In this document: in pieces, positions 39,317 to 50,330 of the stretch | Position numbering within the stretch: the stretch's first letter is position 1 | How the letters are laid out: each line of letters opens with the position of its first letter | Assembly: GCA_008690995.1 (NCBI GenBank) | Contig: VRMN01000003.1 | Coordinates: 2,108,001-2,172,000 of the forward strand | DNA from: Porphyridium purpureum | Lineage: Eukaryota | Reading direction: 5' to 3' | DNA length: 64,000 nucleotides | The notes under the pieces: model-generated | Seen by the model: the letters and a program-made list of their open reading frames with translations, nothing else | Database searches by the model: none | Told to the model about the DNA's origin: nothing | Program-made: the position numbers and the translations under genes

Positions 39317-41623
39317 TCATCCCCGAAGACGAAGTCCTGGCTGGAGGATTTCTTCTTGAAAGCGGGAGGAGACGTTGCCGTGGGCGGAAGAAGTCGCGCT
39401 TACGATTGACGGGACTAGAACACATGCGCCACAAAAGCAGAGGATGCTGTCGATTAGCTCGCTTTCGTTTGGCGCCAAGTCCCTCAGCGAGGAAATGAGC
39501 TGCAAAACGAGCACTTTGAGCACGTTAACCGTTCCATCCATGTCACTGCCTCTCACTTCGCCGCTCTGCGTGTGCGCGTCGGTCAGTCTGCAGAACAAAG
39601 CGTGTAATGACTGCCACAGCACACATACTTCGTGTTCACCCGCTTGCGAAGCAACCTTTGCGTTGTGGTCGCACGCTTCCACGAAATCCATGAACGTCAG
39701 AGCCCCAACCTGATGTGATGTTGCCGTGTCTGTACGACCTGCGAATTTCAGGAAGTTATACTGTCCAGCGAGATGATTCCGCACGAAGCCCTTTTTCCGT
39801 TCTGCCACGAACGGATTCCAGATTCGCACACGACCAGTGCTGTGAGGAACGTCCCACTGAAGACCCTGAACGTCAGTGCCTATGCAAAAAATCTCACTTT
39901 CGCTTTGAAGACGCCCACCTTGCTCCCTTGTTGTACAAGAAAGGACGGGCAGCAATGCAGAATTAGGCATTTGCATGGATGGCGACGCATCGGCTTGAGG
40001 TGCGAGCAAACTGGCATCGTCAGCGCGTCGGGCGACTATGTCGCTCCCTCCGTAACTTTCCACGGCTGTGTTGTTGGCAAAGAATCCAAAGTGGCCAAGC
40101 TGTGCGTTGATCTGTCTCTTCTCCTGTTGACTGTTCTTTTCTGCGCCGACTTCGCTTGGGTAGCTGAGAATCGAGCCCGATCCGATGCTAAGAGAGGCAC
40201 TGTGCAGCACTGGTAGACTCAAAGACCCTGCAAGGTGCTCGCCCGCAACGTTTGGAGGACTTCTCCCCGGTGAAGTCGAGGAGCTACCAGGCTTCGACGA
40301 AAACATCATATCATCATTGCTCTTCGAGTTGGTGAGCGAGCAGGAGAATGAGGCCACCACGCCCGTGGAAGCATTTACCCCAGCAGCATCATCGTCCCAC
40401 GAAACCTGCTGCCTATGAACTTGCGCGATGTTTTGCATCTGCTGTTGCTGCTGCTGTCGTTGTTGGTGGTATTGCAGGGTTTCATGGTGCTGTTTCTGGT
40501 CTGAGGAAATCGCGCTGGTCATTCTGGCTGCCATGGGAGGGCTGCATGGTGTCTGCAGGATGCGCTCATCTGCGGAATGGCTTGACTCAGATTTCCGGAT
40601 TGCCGCGCTCACAGGATATCCTGTGCAGCGGTCGAGCGCCTCGCGCGGAACCGAGTAGATTCCGAGCAGCCCGGTGGTGTACAAAAGCCCCAGGGGCAGC
40701 GCTTCTGCGGAATCTTCGGAAAGCCCAAGTGTCTCCATACTTCGTAAGCTATGCGTGAGGTGGTCCTCGTGCACGGACGAAAGATCAAAAGTATCCAGCA
40801 AGTACAAGGAGGAAGTGACCGCGCCCTTGTCCCTCCCTGAACCGGCCAGTAAGATACCTCGTGCGTCGGGACTCACGAAGCGGAGCGAATGGACCAATAG
40901 TGGCAGGTTTACCGTTCGCAGAGGCTGCAGAGCATGCGCATCCATCTGCCACAGCTGTAGTCTTCCAATTCGATCACCAGTGGCCAAAACTGGCCAGTTG
41001 ACATTCGGTGAGCAGTGCATGGCCACAAACGGGTTATCTGCTGTGGTGGACACCGTGATGCGTGGTGAACGTGCCATGCGGAGATCCCACAACTTGATTC
41101 CGTCCGAGTTTGATAGCGTAACCACTGAGAAAGGCACCCAAGGGCACCACTGCGCGCGAATACCGGACGTCTGAAGAGAAATCATTTCTCGCGATGCGTC
41201 CCTGACGTCCCAAATGGCCACGGAGGGCTTGGTGCCTGAGCAGCACGCCAGCACGTTAAAGTCCTCTAGCGCAAAGCACACATGCGGCGCGGCGCTCTCT
41301 GCAAAGCGCGTGACCTCGCAGCTCGCAGCAGGTTGCTGCAGGTCCCACACCACTACGGCGCCGGCGGATGCCACCGCGAGCGCCGATGCGTCCGCCGAGA
41401 ACCCGACGCAAGTCACGTCATTAAGCGCGTTGCCATTGTAGAAGCGCGGGCGCGGCATAAGCACCGTCGGCTGCTCATGTTCAATATCCGCGCGACGGAA
41501 CACAAACGTGGACCCGAGCCGCGTCCCTGCGGCAATCAGAGGCGTTCCATGCAGCGCGGAGGAAACACACGCGTCTAGCGCCGCAAACTTGGAACCTAGC
41601 GGGGCAGTCAGCGACCAGTCCAT
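39317..41623 (-). CDS. WD40-repeat protein, WDR59/WDR24 (GATOR2/SEACAT)-like
   Basis: VVWDL, IWDVR, LWDLR and LQLWQ WD repeats; CDHNAKVASQAGEHEVCVLWQ resembles the CxHNAxVA...W motif of WDR24/WDR59. No C-terminal Zn finger is present. Confidence 0.72.
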   Translation of the reverse strand: MDWSLTAPLGSKFAALDACVSSALHGTPLIAAGTRLGSTFVFRRADIEHEQPTVLMPRPRFYNGNALNDVTCVGFSADASALAVASAGAVVVWDLQQPAASCEVTRFAESAAPHVCFALEDFNVLACCSGTKPSVAIWDVRDASREMISLQTSGIRAQWCPWVPFSVVTLSNSDGIKLWDLRMARSPRITVSTTADNPFVAMHCSPNVNWPVLATGDRIGRLQLWQMDAHALQPLRTVNLPLLVHSLRFVSPDARGILLAGSGRDKGAVTSSLYLLDTFDLSSVHEDHLTHSLRSMETLGLSEDSAEALPLGLLYTTGLLGIYSVPREALDRCTGYPVSAAIRKSESSHSADERILQTPCSPPMAARMTSAISSDQKQHHETLQYHQQRQQQQQQMQNIAQVHRQQVSWDDDAAGVNASTGVVASFSCSLTNSKSNDDMMFSSKPGSSSTSPGRSPPNVAGEHLAGSLSLPVLHSASLSIGSGSILSYPSEVGAEKNSQQEKRQINAQLGHFGFFANNTAVESYGGSDIVARRADDASLLAPQADASPSMQMPNSALLPVLSCTTREQGGRLQSESEIFCIGTDVQGLQWDVPHSTGRVRIWNPFVAERKKGFVRNHLAGQYNFLKFAGRTDTATSHQVGALTFMDFVEACDHNAKVASQAGEHEVCVLWQSLHALFCRLTDAHTQSGEVRGSDMDGTVNVLKVLVLQLISSLRDLAPNESELIDSILCFCGACVLVPSIVSATSSAHGNVSSRFQEEILQPGLRLRG

Positions 41624-41939
41624 CGCGGCGCCTCGTCACGGAAGCTGCGCTTGGGCGCGCGTGGATTTCGGTATGCGCATGTAGCCGCAGCGCACCGCCC
41701 TCTACAAAGCCACCCTTGCTCAGCCTCAATTCTGGCCGAGGCACGTGGCCATGTTTGTGCATTCCCGGAGTTGGAGGCCACGAAAAAGGACAGGAAGAGT
41801 TGTATTTTTGCTGAACATCTGAGACGGCGCCAGCATCGGAACCGTAATGCGGCACACATTCGACAGTGCTACTCAGTTGCTATGATGCCGGTGGCTTGGT
41901 GCAACCGGTGAAATTGCTCGGTTTTGAAATTCAAGCCAA

Positions 41940-43520
41940 TCACACCGGACACAAAATAGGCGATCGCATCTCGCGCGAAGCACGCTCGTCGAGGATGGCG
42001 TCGCAAACTGGCTGCAAGTCAACGGGAAATCTCGTCGTGGACATAATATCACCATCGTCGCGCGCTGCAGGGATCAATGTTCCGGAAATGCCAATGTCAA
42101 CGACAATATCTTGCATCATGTCCCGGCCGTCTAGAGCAACACAGAGGTTGTACAACCCATCGAGGCCAAGGGAAGGCCGGCCCCGCGGGTCTTGAAAGAT
42201 AATCCTGTCGTCGCTATTGTCCACAATATCCAGTATTTTGACAGCAACCAGCGTGCTGCCCGTCGCCTTGTCCCTTGGCTGTGTTTGAAGTGATCGTGGC
42301 GTGGTTGAATTGACAGAAGGCGTCGGCTCGAATCAGCTTTGCATTCTCCGAATAGCAAGTGCTCACCGCGGTAAAAGCTCTGGGACTCCGGTCCGGCTCT
42401 GAGGAAACGGTAAAGTCGAGTGACCAGCGGATCTGCTGTTGTCGACAGGTAAAGATTTCAAAACGGTTTTGCAGTGTTGTTGGTGAGGTGGCCCATAGGG
42501 GTTTTTGATGGCCCCGCCGACAGATCGTATGCTTCCAGTGCTCGCTGGTGGCCCACCCACGCGCGGCTCTAGTTGAGTAACACTGAGACTGTGTCGGCAC
42601 AGCTGGACAGACTTGGGCAAAGTGCCGGAATCAGACAGGGGTTGCTGGTGTGCTGTCGTCGAAAATTCGTGACGGCAATAACTCTGGAGGTTCCGTTTCT
42701 TTTGAAAGAACCACGGAGTACGTAAAGCCTGCGGCCAGATCCACGAGAGAAAGAAAGGATATGTCTGACTCGCCCGAACGCAGGAATCCATTTGTCCGAC
42801 CGAAGTGGCCGGCCAATCCGGGCGAGAGCCGAACCACGGAAATCACAATTTCGGAGTATCCCAGAGAGGGATCCACGAAGAGGAAGCCGCCTGGCCGCCT
42901 GGCCGCTTGTTATCCATCTTGTTTCGTGTTGGTGGCGAGGCATCTAGTGTCCTGAACGGACGCAGTCGTGCTCTCTTCAACCGAGAACGAGTATAGGCCG
43001 GCCCGATAACGGACGTGCTTCTGCGGCGACTGAAATCGTGTTTCGATCGAGAGCGCTGCTTTCAGCATGCATGTTCCAGACATGCCCAATTTTCAATGGA
43101 CCGGCAGAGTCGTTTCCATGGTGCTCGGCGTGCGTTTGATCCGGCGCACCAGAATAGCGTGGCTATCTTCCAGCCATGCCCAGTTCTCATCGCATCGGCA
43201 GGGACCTTTCCATGATAAGGGGGGTGCCTGCGAACCTGTCCGTCCAAATATAGCTGCATTCTTCCTACCGCGGTCCTCGTGTCCTCAAGCGATGAGTATC
43301 GAATATTTTTGCGAATACGAATCGCGCGAGCGCAGGCTGCCCGGCGGGTGCGTCACTGTCAAGGCCGCGGCGCACCCGCACGCCATTCTCGCCGGTCAAG
43401 TAAAGTCCCGCCGGGCTCGAATTCACACGTGCGGCGTGTGTCAAGCGCGCGCATGATCACCCGCGCACGTTCATCCCGGCGGCCGCCGCCGCCGCCGCCA
43501 CCACGACCACGCGCCGCACA
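41940..43520 (-). pseudogene. Possible decayed gene (fragmented protein-like reading frames)
   Basis: A chain of short protein-like segments in alternating minus frames (e.g. GGFLFVDPSLGYSEIVISVVRL, GSTLVAVKILDIVDNSDDRIIFQD) fills an otherwise unusually gene-free gap. Confidence 0.35.
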
Positions 43521-44493
43521 TCCGCCAACACCTTGTGCAACACTGAAGTGACGCTTCGGCCACACGCGTAACCCTCCGCGGCACACCGCACGCGCGCACA
43601 CGCACGAACACCCGCGCGCACACTGGACACCCACCACGCACTGAACACGCACCCGCGCAACTGTACTTCAAGATGACCGCGCGCCATGCCGGAGTGCAAT
43701 TCGTGATGGCGATCATAGCACATCCGGTCTTTGTACTTATGCGTCGTAGATTCGGTGCGGGTGCATCTTTTTGTAGAAAATGCCCCGCTCTACTTTCCAG
43801 GTTCACCCGTTCTACGCCTCGGGCGCTTTTCTTTTTACCGATAGCAAGCCATGACGCTTGCTCCTTCTTTTTTTGGAGCACCGTCTCTATCAAACCGCGT
43901 CGTTTACATACATAAAACAATCGGACACGCGGACACCCCCCTGCACACATCGACACACACGCCCGATACAGCGCGGCGTTCCAGCGCTAAACCCGAGAAG
44001 TCGGCGCTTTTGTGTGTTTGTTTTGAATTTCGAGACGGTATCGCGCTTTGGTCTTTGCGGAGCAGGATAGACGCGCGTGCTCGCTTTGTTTGTGGGTTTT
44101 TTTTGTCTAAGTTTATACGTTGAACATTATTCCAACGCATCGCGTCGCGCTAGCAAGCACGCTCGAGTGTGCGTTTTACGGTGCGCGGGCTTGTGGTGGA
44201 GAGAGCAGGAGCGCGGGCGCTTTGTCTCCACGACAGGATGGGAAATGCCTCGGTCTTGACCATCAGGTCTGGAAGCGTGTCGTACAGGTGCAGCACACAC
44301 ATGGATGGGGAGGGGTCCTCAGCTTGGAGTGATCGATGGCCACAAATTTCGTAGAGGCGGATGCGCACAGCTATGTCGTTTTACACGGCAAAGCGACAGC
44401 CGCGCTTCTGACTTCGCTGCAGACATTCCCTAAAAGCGCCGAATGCTTCCAAGCATAGCGTGCCAACTCCGCGGAACCTGTCAGGCCCGCGCG

Positions 44494-44500
44494 TATAAAA
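44494..44500 (+). promoter_or_regulatory. Candidate TATA box
   Basis: TATAAAA in GC-rich context about 110 bp upstream of the kinase ATG at 44610. Confidence 0.45.
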
Positions 44501-44609
44501 GCGGGCGAGTCGCATGTGTCGGACAGTGGGGAGCAAGGCGGTGCGGGTTTCGGCAGGGCAAGCAACAAAGGAAGATAAAGGTGAGTAAGAAGAGAAAAGG
44601 TCAGGGGCG

Positions 44610-45791
44610 ATGAGAAAAATGAGTGAGAAGGCCCAGGCAACCATGCAGCATAGCTTGAATACGCCGGTGGCGACATCGGCAGGCGTGACACATCAAGATA
44701 GTGCGTCCATGTCGGTGCTCGACGAGACCGCATCGATTCGCGACAAGACGCTCGCGGACCACGGTATGACACTGGGTAAAATGGTCGGCTCGGGTGGACA
44801 GGGCGCCGTGTACCGGGCGACATGTGAAGGAGGAGACACGGTGGCAATCAAAATCCTTCACAAGCTAGCAGGGAATGAAGGCGCCGCTCAGCGTGCGCAA
44901 GTCAAAGCTGAAGTGAAGATGCTGTGTGAAATCGCGCACGAGCGAGTGCTGCGCATCATCAGATGGTTCGAAGATAAGAAGTACTTTTACATCGTAACCG
45001 AGCTGATTGACGGGCAAGATTTGTTTGACGTGGCCGCGTCCCGTACCTTCACCGAGAATGAGATTTTGCTCCTCTGCGGAGACATAGTGGAGGCGCTCCA
45101 GGCCATGCACGCTATGGGCATTGCGCATCGAGACGTGAAGCTCGAGAACGTGCTTCTTGATTCTTCCACGTTCCGCGCCACCTTGATCGACTTTGGTTTT
45201 GCGTGCAGAGTGAACGACGTCAGCGCCGAGAGCCCGCGCCAATTTCCAGGCACTCTCAAGTACCAGGCACCGGAAGTTGTACAAAGACACACCGAATACG
45301 ATCCGTGCCAGGCCGACATGTGGGCGCTGGGCGTGCTGGCCTACACGATCATTTGCGGAGAGTACCCTTTCACTGGCGAGTCGAAGAAGGAGCTGGCGGC
45401 TTCTATCTGCCGCGCCAAGGTGTGCTTCAACGGGCCTGTGTGGAAGCGCGTCACACCAGACGCCATGGCGCTCATCAAATTGCTACTGAGCCCGGAGCCA
45501 GAAGAGCGACCGACTGCGGCGGAGGTGGATAACTTTTTGAACTGTTTGATGGCGGAGCGACTTATTTTGGCGGAAGCAGAACGGAAACGGCTGCATGCAG
45601 TGGCGCGACCAACGTCAAACCTCCGCAGAAGTGCAGGGGCGCCCAAGTTCGAGCCGCTGGACTTTGCCCCTGTGGCAACAAGGTTTTCCACGATTGCTCA
45701 TGATATCAAACATAACTGTGCGTCTCCGAAGCTCACTGTATCGCCTCGGCTTATGGGCCTGTTCAGCAGACACGGCCGTCCAGTTGTATGA
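44610..45791 (+). CDS. Ser/Thr protein kinase, CAMK-like
   Basis: GSGGQGAV, VAIK, HRDVKLEN, DFG, APE and DMWALGV motifs are all intact. Confidence 0.95.
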   Translation: MRKMSEKAQATMQHSLNTPVATSAGVTHQDSASMSVLDETASIRDKTLADHGMTLGKMVGSGGQGAVYRATCEGGDTVAIKILHKLAGNEGAAQRAQVKAEVKMLCEIAHERVLRIIRWFEDKKYFYIVTELIDGQDLFDVAASRTFTENEILLLCGDIVEALQAMHAMGIAHRDVKLENVLLDSSTFRATLIDFGFACRVNDVSAESPRQFPGTLKYQAPEVVQRHTEYDPCQADMWALGVLAYTIICGEYPFTGESKKELAASICRAKVCFNGPVWKRVTPDAMALIKLLLSPEPEERPTAAEVDNFLNCLMAERLILAEAERKRLHAVARPTSNLRRSAGAPKFEPLDFAPVATRFSTIAHDIKHNCASPKLTVSPRLMGLFSRHGRPVV

Positions 45792-46589
45792 TGATTCAGA
45801 TAGACGGAGACGTAATTCGAAGGGACTTTTGCTTTGTTCTCACAACGCAGTGTGAAGTATACAAATTCAGCTCTGCTGTATATTTATTGTAAAAGCTAAT
45901 CAATATGTTGGTCTCGTCTCGATATCACTTCTTTGTCCCTCTTCCAGCTGCTCTTTCCCCACTTTTCGTCATCCAGACGAGCGCAAAGACAGAAGCTCAA
46001 TTTCCATCACTTGGACGCTGCAGCATCCCATCAACGTGTCAACGAACCTGGCCACGCTGGTCGGTTGATGCTCATCCATCTGACGCGACGCCCACTTCCC
46101 TGCCTCTCTAAGAATTTGTCGAAATTCACACTGCTTTGCGACAATAAGCACTGTTGCTTTTGTGAGCTGATGGAAAAGTAACGGGCGCGTGTTCTCGCCC
46201 GTTAATTGCCATCGTGATCGGATTCGGCAGAACACAGATGTCCTGCCACGTGGTGGTGAAGGTGAGAAAATGTCTCTGTCAGTGGGGAGCCGCCCTCGTC
46301 GCCTTTTCACTTTTGACGATGTGCGTGGTCGGCACGGGCAGGACTTGAATCAACGGCGGTGTCGGCCTTGAACGGAACTGGCATCGTGACATGCGACGGG
46401 CGATGGTGCACGTCCTTCTGAACTCCGGGCGGATGTCTTGCAAGCTCTCCTTGCAACTTTTTATTAACAGTGGGCCTGTGCGTAGTGCGAACGCTCAAGC
46501 CAAGACGAGCAAGAATGAGGTCGGCAACGAAACGGGGAGGAATCGGAAGGCACCACTTGGTGAATTCGCCGAAGATCATTGGGAGTTAC

Positions 46590-47500
46590 CATACGTCAAG
46601 TGTCACCATCAACGACTCGCGAGACAAGCGGATGATGATTTCGACTTTACGACAGATTGCCGAGGTCCGAGACAGGGCAATTGCCGAACATAAGTTCGAA
46701 CCTGGCTAATTGGTCGGTTGGCGCGCCCAGCGTTCTATGCTTCACACCACAGACGCCCAAAAAGGCAGTTGCCGTACAGGTGCTCTGTAAGGAGTCAAGC
46801 ACTGCAGGCGCCCTTCAGCGTGCGCAGGGTAAGCGCAAAAGTTCGTACCCTAGACGAGGTCACACAAGATTGGGTCTTCCGCACCATCGTGCAGTTTGAA
46901 GATGCGCTGTGCTATGACATAGTTGCCGCGCTCATGGACGGTTTGGACCGCCACGATCCTGTGTCCTCGGTTGCCTTCACAGGACCCAGGTTTGGTCGCT
47001 TCGCGTCGACGTCGCAGAAGCTCTTGCGACGATGCATAAGCGTAGAATTGAGTACCTTGATGTCAAACTTTAGAATTTTGTTTTCACTACAGAGGCTTTG
47101 CACGAAACTCGTCAATTTTGGTCCTGCAGGCTACGTCAAGCCACACATGTACAATGAGGCTGGCACCCACGGCATTGAGAGGCGCGATACGGGCGCATTC
47201 AAGTACCAAGCACAAGAAACTGTGAAACGCCATGCCTCGTATTACTCGTTCCTGGCTGAATTGCAAGCGTTTGGTGTGTCCACGAATACTGCTATGTCCA
47301 GCGAGTGTACGTGCAGGGAATCTAAACAACAGGAGCTCGCAGCTGCTATCGGCTGCGCTAAAGTTTCTTTTGCAAATCGCGTTTGGAAGATCATTATGCC
47401 TGATGCCAAAACCCTCATGGAGTTTTTGCTGAGCCGCCAAACCAGAGGATCGGTTCGCTGCGTCTCACGTGGGCCACCTCCTGAGGGCGGTGTTCGTGCA
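46590..47500 (+). pseudogene. Decayed tandem duplicate of the adjacent CAMK-like kinase
   Basis: Colinear similarity across three frames: STLRQIAEVRDRAIAEHKFEPG* (TAA 46707), VAVQVL...GALQRAQ, FEDALCYDIVAALMDG, MHKRRIEYLDVKL* (TAG 47071), GAFKYQAQETVKRHASY and ELAAAIGCAKVSFANRVWK. Confidence 0.88.
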
Positions 47501-47855
47501 TTGAAGGATCAACATGTAGTTGTGACTATACCACGCTCTGCGCCGGTGCAACGATGCAGTATCAAAGCACTGAATACTGCGTCTAATATCCCCTGTCCCT
47601 ACTTCAAGGATCGCAATCCTTGATCGAGGTGTCACCGATCGGTATGCCTTGGAAATGCAGGCGATGTCAGCCAAGGCAAAATCACTGATGGCTTTCATGC
47701 CCAAATCGAGACGCATGTTCGCTCAAAGCTGATCGAAATGCCCATCCGTGCACGAGGCGCATGCTCTGCCGCCGCGCCTCCCGACCGCCCTGCTTTTTGA
47801 AATTTATCATACTCGTTTGCTGCATCGCTCGTAGATAAATCCAACCAATCCATCC

Positions 47856-48785
47856 TTACACCCTCTTCGACTTTTTCCTCGCGGGCTTGGCCGTCGCTGC
47901 ATACTTTTTCTCGAGCGCATCCATGAGGCTGTCGTACTGCGCTTCGCGCTCGTTGCGTTTCGAGAGAATCTTGTCCGCGAGCGTGTCGTGCTGGGCTCCT
48001 CGCACAGTCGACGCGCGTTTCTTCGTCTTGGTCTTACTCTTGCTCGATGTGCTCGCCGCTTCCTCTGCAACTTGGGCGCTCGAAATTTGCGCCTTCTTGG
48101 ATGCACGTTGGAGGAGCGTTTTCCTGGCTTTAGCATATTTAGATCTTTCCTCCAGCTCGTTCGCCTTTAGGAGCGCGTCGATCATTTCGATCAGGCGCTG
48201 CAAGTCGTGCTCCTCACTGTAGGGAATGTAATTCAGTATGCCAGATACATCTCCATCAAAGCGTTCATAGTGCTCCTTGACGTCCTCTTGCTCCTCCGTG
48301 CTGCCACGGTACACCGAGCGATACGCAACAATGTCCTCTTCCTGGACTTTCTTGTACATTGCGCGATAGTACTCGTATAATTGCTCAAAGCTTTTGCCGG
48401 CCAGGTCACCGAGCACATCATCCTCTTCGCCATCACCAAGCACACGCCCCGTCTCATCGTATACCCGCCGTTTGTCGTCATCGACAAGCACCTCGTACAC
48501 TTTCTGCAAAGCCTGGAACTTTCCGGTGGCGTCCGGGTCTGCGCTCTTGTCCGGGTGCACTTTCAGCACCAGCAGGCGATACGCGCGCTTGATTTCGGCA
48601 GTGCTTGCGTCCGACGGAACATTCAGCACGTCATACAGACTTTTCTTCTTCTCCTGCGCGCCGTCCAAGCTCGGCAAGTCGGACTTCGCCGTCCCACGCG
48701 CTTCACCAGAGCGCGACGCATTGTCAGCGCTCGGCTTGGACGCGGCAGCGTCTGAGACACGTTGCGCTCCGCTGCGCTTGCCCAT
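47856..48785 (-). CDS. DnaJ (type III) protein, DNAJC9/ATJ6-like
   Basis: J domain with HPD, followed by YRSVYRGSTEEQEDVKEHY and YDSLMDALEKKY; first ATG at 48785. Confidence 0.88.
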   Translation of the reverse strand: MGKRSGAQRVSDAAASKPSADNASRSGEARGTAKSDLPSLDGAQEKKKSLYDVLNVPSDASTAEIKRAYRLLVLKVHPDKSADPDATGKFQALQKVYEVLVDDDKRRVYDETGRVLGDGEEDDVLGDLAGKSFEQLYEYYRAMYKKVQEEDIVAYRSVYRGSTEEQEDVKEHYERFDGDVSGILNYIPYSEEHDLQRLIEMIDALLKANELEERSKYAKARKTLLQRASKKAQISSAQVAEEAASTSSKSKTKTKKRASTVRGAQHDTLADKILSKRNEREAQYDSLMDALEKKYAATAKPARKKSKRV

Positions 48786-48966
48786 GATTTCAAGATGACA
48801 GTCTGTTTCAACCACCCTCTCCTCCACTTTCTGTCCTGCTCTCGCTTCTCCACAAGCGTGGCAGCGACTGAAAGATGTTCAGAACACACGTTTCGCGCCA
48901 AAAGTTTTGGGGCCGGGACCGAAAGTGCGTAGTAAATTCGGCTGTTTTGATATGCTTGGGACTGAC

Positions 48967-49716
48967 TTATGGACGGGCGGACGGACGTTTGGAGCGCTGC
49001 TCGGCTGCGCGCTGGTACGACGCGCGGTACGTGGTGGCAAGCGTGTGCAGATCGACGTGGAGCGCGTCGCCAAGCATGATCACTTGATTGAGCAGCGTGG
49101 TCCGCGCAACGCCTAGCACTCGCCATCGTCGATCACTGACCGCCACGTCCTGCGGCGCAATGCGGATCGCGCCCAGCTTCTGGCACGCCTGCACCAGGCG
49201 CACGTCTTCCAGCAGTGGGAGCTTTGGGTAACCACCCACGGCGTCAAACGTTTCTCGTCGTAGGAAGAGCGCCTGGTCGCCATACGGTAAACCCAGGAGG
49301 CGGGATCGGATGTTCGCTCCCCACGCGACCAAGCGCACGCCGCGCAACGCGCCAGCAATGCGCAGCCGGAACGCGCCCAGAACGGCAGGTGGTGACTCCT
49401 CGAACAGCAGCCGCTTCACGCTCGCTGTATAATTGGCAGGTAGAACTGCATCCGCATGCAAAAATACGAGCGCTTGCGCATCCTTGGCGTGCCGCGAATT
49501 CGCGCCAAAATTCATCTGCACCCCGCGCCCGCGCTCCGTGCAACTCAGTACCGCGTGCGCACCTGCGCGCCGCGCTGCGCGCCTCGTCTTGTCAGAGGAT
49601 CCACCGTCCACGACAATCACTCGTACATCCGTTCCAGACGCCGCGCGTGCAGAGTGCACCGCACGCGCGACGTTTTGCTCCTCGTTGAGCGCCGGAATTA
49701 TCACACACGTCTTCAT
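48967..49716 (-). CDS. Family 2 glycosyltransferase, TIGR04283-like
   Basis: VIIPALNEE, IVVDGGSSD, GRGVQMNFGA, LVFLHADAVLP, LPYGDQALF, GGYPKLPLLEDV and VSDRRW motifs. Domain start Met is at 49716; the frame is open further upstream. Confidence 0.88.
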   Translation of the reverse strand: MKTCVIIPALNEEQNVARAVHSARAASGTDVRVIVVDGGSSDKTRRAARRAGAHAVLSCTERGRGVQMNFGANSRHAKDAQALVFLHADAVLPANYTASVKRLLFEESPPAVLGAFRLRIAGALRGVRLVAWGANIRSRLLGLPYGDQALFLRRETFDAVGGYPKLPLLEDVRLVQACQKLGAIRIAPQDVAVSDRRWRVLGVARTTLLNQVIMLGDALHVDLHTLATTYRASYQRAAEQRSKRPSARP

Positions 49717-50330
49717 GATCTGCACCAACAGTCGAGCTTCCGTCTGCTCCAAGCTACGACCACCAGAAGCATCGATGTCAGGATGATGCGCCAGGCGCTG
49801 CGTTGTCTTTTTCTCTCTGCGTACCACGATACCTGGCAAGGCTTTTGACCACGAGCGATAAAATTTCCGACGATCGCCCTTTGAGGGTAACCCGGCCAGC
49901 AGGTCGAGAGATGCGATCGACCATCCATACATGCATTCGATAGGTTCGTGCAAGATTTTACACAAATGCAAGGCACATGGTCCGAGAAACGTACAGACAA
50001 CAAGAAAGCAGCAAAAGAGATGGGCTCCATCAGCTCTGCTGGTGATCGCGCGGTGGGAGCCGAACGTCGCGTCCGCGTACGTCGGCGTTCCTGCGCTTCT
50101 CATCAACTTTTCCAATTTTTACTCAATTTTTTTTCCAAACGGCTTTTCTATTTTTTCTCCGGCTTTTTCCTTTTTCATCTAAAGATGCTCAAGTTACGAA
50201 GAAGACCAGCGCGCTCGGTCACATGCGGCCTCGGTCAACTATCACGGCCACACACACACACAAACACAAACGCACAACACCACAATGTCGGCGCCACGGC
50301 GGCTCGCTACCTTCCCCCCTCCTCGGCCTT

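Noticed and set aside
49713..50030. Upstream ORF whose TGA overlaps the GT2 ATG (operon-like ATGA coupling)
   Set aside because: Any ATGA start creates this overlap; the ORF has no recognisable features and the context is eukaryotic.
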